The notes beneath the pieces are model-generated. The model was not told the DNA's origin. It saw only the letters and a list, made by a program, of their open reading frames with translations, and made no database searches. Of a stretch of 64,000 nucleotides of DNA, positions 58,154 through 64,000 are shown in pieces. Origin of the DNA: an uncultured bacterium. Its GTDB lineage: Bacteria > Verrucomicrobiota > Lentisphaeria > Victivallales > UBA1829. The stretch spans positions 3,771-67,770 of the forward strand of contig CACWOL010000006.1 in the NCBI GenBank assembly GCA_902762495.1, in the 5' to 3' direction. Position 1 is the stretch's first letter, and every line of letters starts with the position of its first letter. The translations under genes were made by a program, and so were the position numbers.

Positions 58154-59425
58154 ATGAAACAATACAGACCTCGTATCGTGGATGCTGTCCTTGCCCGAAA
58201 ACTGGAAGGCATGGGCGCAGTGCTGATCGAAGGTGCCAAATGGTGCGGGAAAACGACGACTGCCGAACAGATCGCCGGGAGTGTCCTTAACATGGACGAC
58301 CCGGCAAAAGTCAAGCAGAACCTTGAGTTGGCCAACCTTTCTCCGAAGCAGTTACTTCAAGGAAAGACGCCGCGCCTGCTGGATGAATGGCAGCTCGCTC
58401 CAAAGCTGTGGGATGCAGTCCGTTTCGAGGTGGATCATCGGGAAGAGCTTGGACAGTTCATCCTGACCGGCTCTGCTGTTCCCCCATCCCTTGAAGAAGT
58501 GCATCACAGCGGCACGGGGCGTTTCGCCTGGCTGAAAATGCGCCCGATGAGTCTGATCGAATCTGGAGAGTCTACCGGAGAAGTTCGTCTGGAAAACCTT
58601 TTCTCCTCCCCGGAAGAGGTATCCGGCAGCAATTCGCTGGACTTGCCGAGACTGGCATTCCTGACCTGTCGTGGTGGCTGGCCCCGTGCTGTATCCATGT
58701 CCGACAGAGTCGCCCTGGATCTGGCGGTCAATTATTGCGATGCCGTGGCAAATACGGATGTTTCCCGTGTTGAGGGCATCCGCCGTAATCCTGTCTATGT
58801 GAAACGGCTGATGCGCTCCTATGCACGACATCAGGGGACGCAGGCCGCGACATCAGTCATCTGCGAAGATATTAGGTCGAATGAAACCGCACCTTTGGAA
58901 TATGATACCGTTTCAGCCTACATCAGCGCTCTGGAGAAGATCTTTGTGATTGAGGAGATGGCTGCATGGAATCCGAATCTGCGTTCCAAGACTGCAATTC
59001 GGACGTCGGCCACCCGCTATTATACCGACCCGTCCATTGCCGTCGCTTCGCTCGGACTTGGTCCCAAAGACTTGATTGCTGATCTGAATACCTTCGGTTT
59101 CCTGTTCGAGACGCTTTGCGTACGGGATTTACGCGTACTGGCCGACGCTTTAGGCGGAGACGTCTATCATTACCGCGACAGCTCCGGCTTGGAATGCGAT
59201 GCAGTCGTGCATCTGCGAAACGGTTCCTATGGACTGATCGAGATCAAGCTCGGCGGAGACGAGCGAATTGCCGAAGGCGTGAAAAATCTGCAGGCACTTG
59301 CCCAGAAAATCGATTCTGGAAGAATGAACCGACCGGCATTCCTGATGGTCCTGACCGGCGTCGGGGATTACGCCTATCGCAGAGAAGACGGCGTGTACAT
59401 TGTCCCGATCGGCTGTCTCGGCTGA
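58154..59425 (+). CDS. AAA_14 ATP-binding protein with C-terminal DUF4143
   Basis: EGAKWCGKTT, LDEWQ, ILTGS, FGFLFETLC..DL, HYRDSSGLECDAV, IEIKLG. Confidence 0.85.
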   Translation: MKQYRPRIVDAVLARKLEGMGAVLIEGAKWCGKTTTAEQIAGSVLNMDDPAKVKQNLELANLSPKQLLQGKTPRLLDEWQLAPKLWDAVRFEVDHREELGQFILTGSAVPPSLEEVHHSGTGRFAWLKMRPMSLIESGESTGEVRLENLFSSPEEVSGSNSLDLPRLAFLTCRGGWPRAVSMSDRVALDLAVNYCDAVANTDVSRVEGIRRNPVYVKRLMRSYARHQGTQAATSVICEDIRSNETAPLEYDTVSAYISALEKIFVIEEMAAWNPNLRSKTAIRTSATRYYTDPSIAVASLGLGPKDLIADLNTFGFLFETLCVRDLRVLADALGGDVYHYRDSSGLECDAVVHLRNGSYGLIEIKLGGDERIAEGVKNLQALAQKIDSGRMNRPAFLMVLTGVGDYAYRREDGVYIVPIGCLG

Positions 59426-59564
59426 TCTTGACGATTTGCATAAAAGTTCGGCGACGACCAATCAAGACAATCCTCAAACTATGTGGCATTGGGGGTATTA
59501 TTATCTCGCTATTGCTCTGATAAGTTTTTAAACTGGCAACCTGGATTCCGCAAAACACATAACG

Positions 59565-59669
59565 ATGAGACAAAATAAGACATTAATCGATCCTTGGTTC
59601 GATGATGCCGGGATCAAGCATATCGGGCTGTACGATTTCCTGTTGGACGAGGGGGAATTGAGCCGATGA
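59565..59669 (+). pseudogene. C-terminal remnant of another AAA_14/DUF4143-type ATPase
   Basis: PWFDDAGIKHIGLYDFLLDE resembles the C-terminus of this family. Confidence 0.45.
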
Positions 59670-59933
59670 CCAGCACGAAATAGGCTCAGATTACGGAAAA
59701 ATTACGGAAAAGTTGTCTATAGGGCATATGGTCCCCTGTTCCTGATGCGAAGATGAGGGGTCGTAATCCACTGGAGACGGACACGGATTCTCATTGGGCT
59801 TAATCAGGACCACCAGCTGAGCTGGCGGTATGCACTGCGCCTGGAAGGCGATAGTACTGGCGGCCCGACACGGGCCCTGAATGGACTGCCAGGGTGCCGG
59901 TAGATTAGCTTGTGCAGGGGTTGTCAGGTGGTT

Positions 59934-61079
59934 TTACTTCCAGTCCGAACGGCAAGGGGTTACCCGGATTGCGTTTGAAATCGGAGTTCCGGAAATCAGG
60001 ATCAGGTAACCGCCGCCTCCGCAGCCGGTGAGCTTCCAGCCGCAGGCCATGCTACGGTATTGTTCAACGGCCGACTGCATGTCCGGAGTCAGCATCGCGG
60101 GGAACATTTCGAGCTGAGCTTCGAAGGCTTTCGTCGTGGCCTTTCCCCATTGTTTCACGTCGCGGGCCTGAATTGCCGCCCAGCAGCGTTCCGTCGCGTC
60201 CGCGAGTTTCCCGGCGCTGACGGCGTTGATGTTCGTCCCGGCGAACACATCATAGTCTGCTTTCCGTTGCGGGAGCTGGATCAGATACAGATGGTCCGAG
60301 ATAAAATTCAACATTTTGTCATCCGTGACGTGCTCCATGGAGACTGGCCAGAATCCGTTGTCATAATTGAGCTTGTTCACGCCCGGCAGGAGGATGCCGA
60401 GCTGGTCCTGCGAACCGCTGATATGTACGGTCCCGGGCGGATTCTCAACGCAGAACAGCTGTCTCGCGAGTTCTTCGCGGTCTCCCTGCGGGATCTTCGT
60501 CTGCCAGAGTTCGACCGCCTTCTTGCGCGAGCTCGTCGCAAGCCCGCTCCTGTCGTTGAACTCGACCGTAGGCTCGATGGACATCACGATGACCGGGCCA
60601 GGGACGAGCGAATTCACGTCCGGCTGGTCCAGCCAGCCGCCGCACAGTTCCACGCGGTACGGGATGCGGCATTCCTGGCGGAGGGCGGTCGTGGATCTGG
60701 CGGGCAGGCCCGCGCCGGGGACGCGTTTGCTCACGATCAGCTTGATTCCGAGCTCCTTGCAGAATGCTTCCTTGCCCGACGTATATCCATCCGAATTGAC
60801 GAAAAAGATGTCAGGTCTGAGCTCGCGGACCTCCTTCTCGAAGTCCATGATGCCGCTGCCGGAGTTGATCCAGGCGTCCTTCACGTAACGGACGGCCTTG
60901 ACCATGTAGAGCCGCTCATGCTCGTTGTTGACCGTTTTGCGTCCCTTCAGCTCGAGGATGGTCTGATCCGAACCGATGCCAACATACAAATCGCCGTAGG
61001 ACGCCGCCTCCTCGAAGAAGGCAACGTGCCCGCTGTGAAGCATGTCGTAGCAGCCTGAGACAAAGACTTTCTTATTCAT
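59934..61079 (-). CDS. HIGH-type nucleotidyltransferase fused to a GHMP-family sugar kinase
   Basis: SGCYDMLHSGH, VGIGSD..RKTVN..ERL; kinase motifs SGLATSS, GSQD, WKLTGCGGGGY; start set at ATG 61079. Confidence 0.8.
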   Translation of the reverse strand: MNKKVFVSGCYDMLHSGHVAFFEEAASYGDLYVGIGSDQTILELKGRKTVNNEHERLYMVKAVRYVKDAWINSGSGIMDFEKEVRELRPDIFFVNSDGYTSGKEAFCKELGIKLIVSKRVPGAGLPARSTTALRQECRIPYRVELCGGWLDQPDVNSLVPGPVIVMSIEPTVEFNDRSGLATSSRKKAVELWQTKIPQGDREELARQLFCVENPPGTVHISGSQDQLGILLPGVNKLNYDNGFWPVSMEHVTDDKMLNFISDHLYLIQLPQRKADYDVFAGTNINAVSAGKLADATERCWAAIQARDVKQWGKATTKAFEAQLEMFPAMLTPDMQSAVEQYRSMACGWKLTGCGGGGYLILISGTPISNAIRVTPCRSDWK

Positions 61080-61131
61080 GGGAAAAGAGGGCCGCGCTGC
61101 AGTTGGTCTGAATAGATGACTTCCCGTTGCC

Positions 61132-62889
<1,758 letters not shown>

Positions 62890-63042
62890 GGTCAACTCCT
62901 GTTTTTGCTGTGTTCAGACAAATGCTCGTAACGATACAATACTTCGTTTTCAGGAAAAAACAAGGTAACGTACAGAAAATTGCGCACATTTTAAAAAGCA
63001 GGGGGTTGAAAAAAGGCCTCTTCGACGTTTTGTGAAAAAAGT

Positions 63043-63474
63043 TCATAGTCCATCGTTTGTCCGTTTGTTCGGCAGATCATAGATTTTGAACACCATATAT
63101 TCTTCATCTCTGTATCCGTATGCTTCAAGCGCTTTGATAAACTCTCGCATGAACGCGATAGTCTCGGGATGATGTTTGGCCTTTATGGAATCACGTCTTT
63201 TCATTGTGCGATCCCAAGCAGCGATTTGCTCCGTGAGATGCTGAACATCTTCCGAAATGCAGTATTCATTAGATTCCGATGCCATGTGATAAATCATTTC
63301 CAGCCGACGAAGCCGAGTGAGGATTAACTCCGGAGAAACTTCGATTTTGTAATACACAGGCGGGTGCTCTTCCCTTTTCCTGTCTTTTTCACAAAACTGC
63401 ACTGGCGTTTCCAGTTCGGACATATAGGTGACGTAGTTTATATTCGGAACCAGCATCTTTCCATCGGCAGTCAA
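63043..63474 (-). CDS. Hypothetical low-GC protein
   Basis: 143-aa ORF with a TTG start; start uncertain. Confidence 0.4.
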   Translation of the reverse strand: MTADGKMLVPNINYVTYMSELETPVQFCEKDRKREEHPPVYYKIEVSPELILTRLRRLEMIYHMASESNEYCISEDVQHLTEQIAAWDRTMKRRDSIKAKHHPETIAFMREFIKALEAYGYRDEEYMVFKIYDLPNKRTNDGL

Positions 63475-63604
63475 TTTGCCAATACCAACACGCTTGGGAA
63501 TACACCCTCAAGTTGAAGGAAAGTCAAGATCAGCAATTAGGAGACGGTTATTGGAGACAATATGGTCCAGAAAGACATAAAATGGTCAGAAACACTGCTG
63601 CGTA

Positions 63605-63680
63605 TTCCCCCAAAGTGGCAATCTTTCCACTTTTTGGGAATATCCTTTGATTCTTTACTTGATTTTTTCTTTTGTTGTGC
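63605..63680 (+). repeat. ~75-bp block with an internal palindrome, copy 2
   Basis: Near-identical to 55966-56040. Confidence 0.75.
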
Positions 63681-63731
63681 TATGTTATTCTCTAAAACTG
63701 GCAAAACACCCAAAAAACAGGAATAGAAGTA

Positions 63732-63797
63732 ATGAGAATAGCACGTGACATCTACTTAGAGAAACTGAAACGCGGGATTGGCAATGGCATTTGATAA
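63732..63797 (+). pseudogene. N-terminal remnant of an AAA_14-type ATPase
   Basis: MRIARDIYLEKLKRGIGNGI then TGA TAA; resembles the family N-terminus before the Walker A. Confidence 0.4.
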
Positions 63798-64000
63798 CTG
63801 ATATAAAAAAAGCACAAGATTCGAGAGCATCAATTTTAATTAGAGTTTGCCGTTGTTTTTTATGTGAGAAGAGACAAAAAACGTGACCGAAAACCCTTTA
63901 TTTAGAAATAACCTAAGACCCCATCACAATATACATTCGGTCAAATGCTTAACCATAAATCATTTTACAACAGCTTTCTCTATATATCCTATCTTCTGGT

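Noticed and set aside
59771-59786. 15-of-16 match between the spacer at 22262-22291 (reverse complement) and ATCCACTGGAGACGGA near 59770
   Set aside because: Only half of the 30 nt match, the PAM-proximal seed does not, and such a match is plausible by chance in 64 kb; no convincing protospacer for any spacer was seen in the window by eye

Overview
This is a high-GC bacterial chromosome segment. The dnaK-groES-groEL gene order and overall gene style suggest a PVC-superphylum gut anaerobe, possibly Lentisphaerae (inference, not verified). From left to right it holds: a GH95 fucosidase; batBC/batDE fusions, murD and an O-antigen-ligase-family gene; a lon-lolA-like-tadE-like-rfaE2-hpt operon; and a compact type II-C CRISPR-Cas9 locus with a tracrRNA (own promoter and terminator), a 1026-aa Cas9 and a 6-repeat/5-spacer array but no cas1/cas2. 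Next is an 8.0-kb PICI/satellite-like element integrated in the 3' end of groEL, bounded by 12-bp att repeats. It carries an integrase, HTH/excisionase, primase-helicase, an ori-like iteron region, a kissing-loop leader RNA, a small membrane ORF and a dif-like XerCD site. Then come groEL/groES/dnaK behind a sigma54-like promoter, and uxuAB. A 17.5-kb pair of convergent Tad/Flp pilus operons follows, with two TadA/CpaF ATPases, four FHA domains, a Ser/Thr kinase, a HExxH protein and pilins with His instead of Gly at the -1 cleavage position; the architecture recalls the Myxococcus Kil killing apparatus. The right end has hipBA, an IS3 remnant, an AAA_14/DUF4143 ATPase, and fucI followed by a nucleotidyltransferase-GHMP kinase fusion. 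Strongest candidates for an undescribed system: the FHA/kinase-coupled two-motor Tad system with His(-1) pilins, the adaptation-less compact Cas9 locus, and the dif-carrying groEL satellite. All calls come from reading the sequence; no database searches were run.
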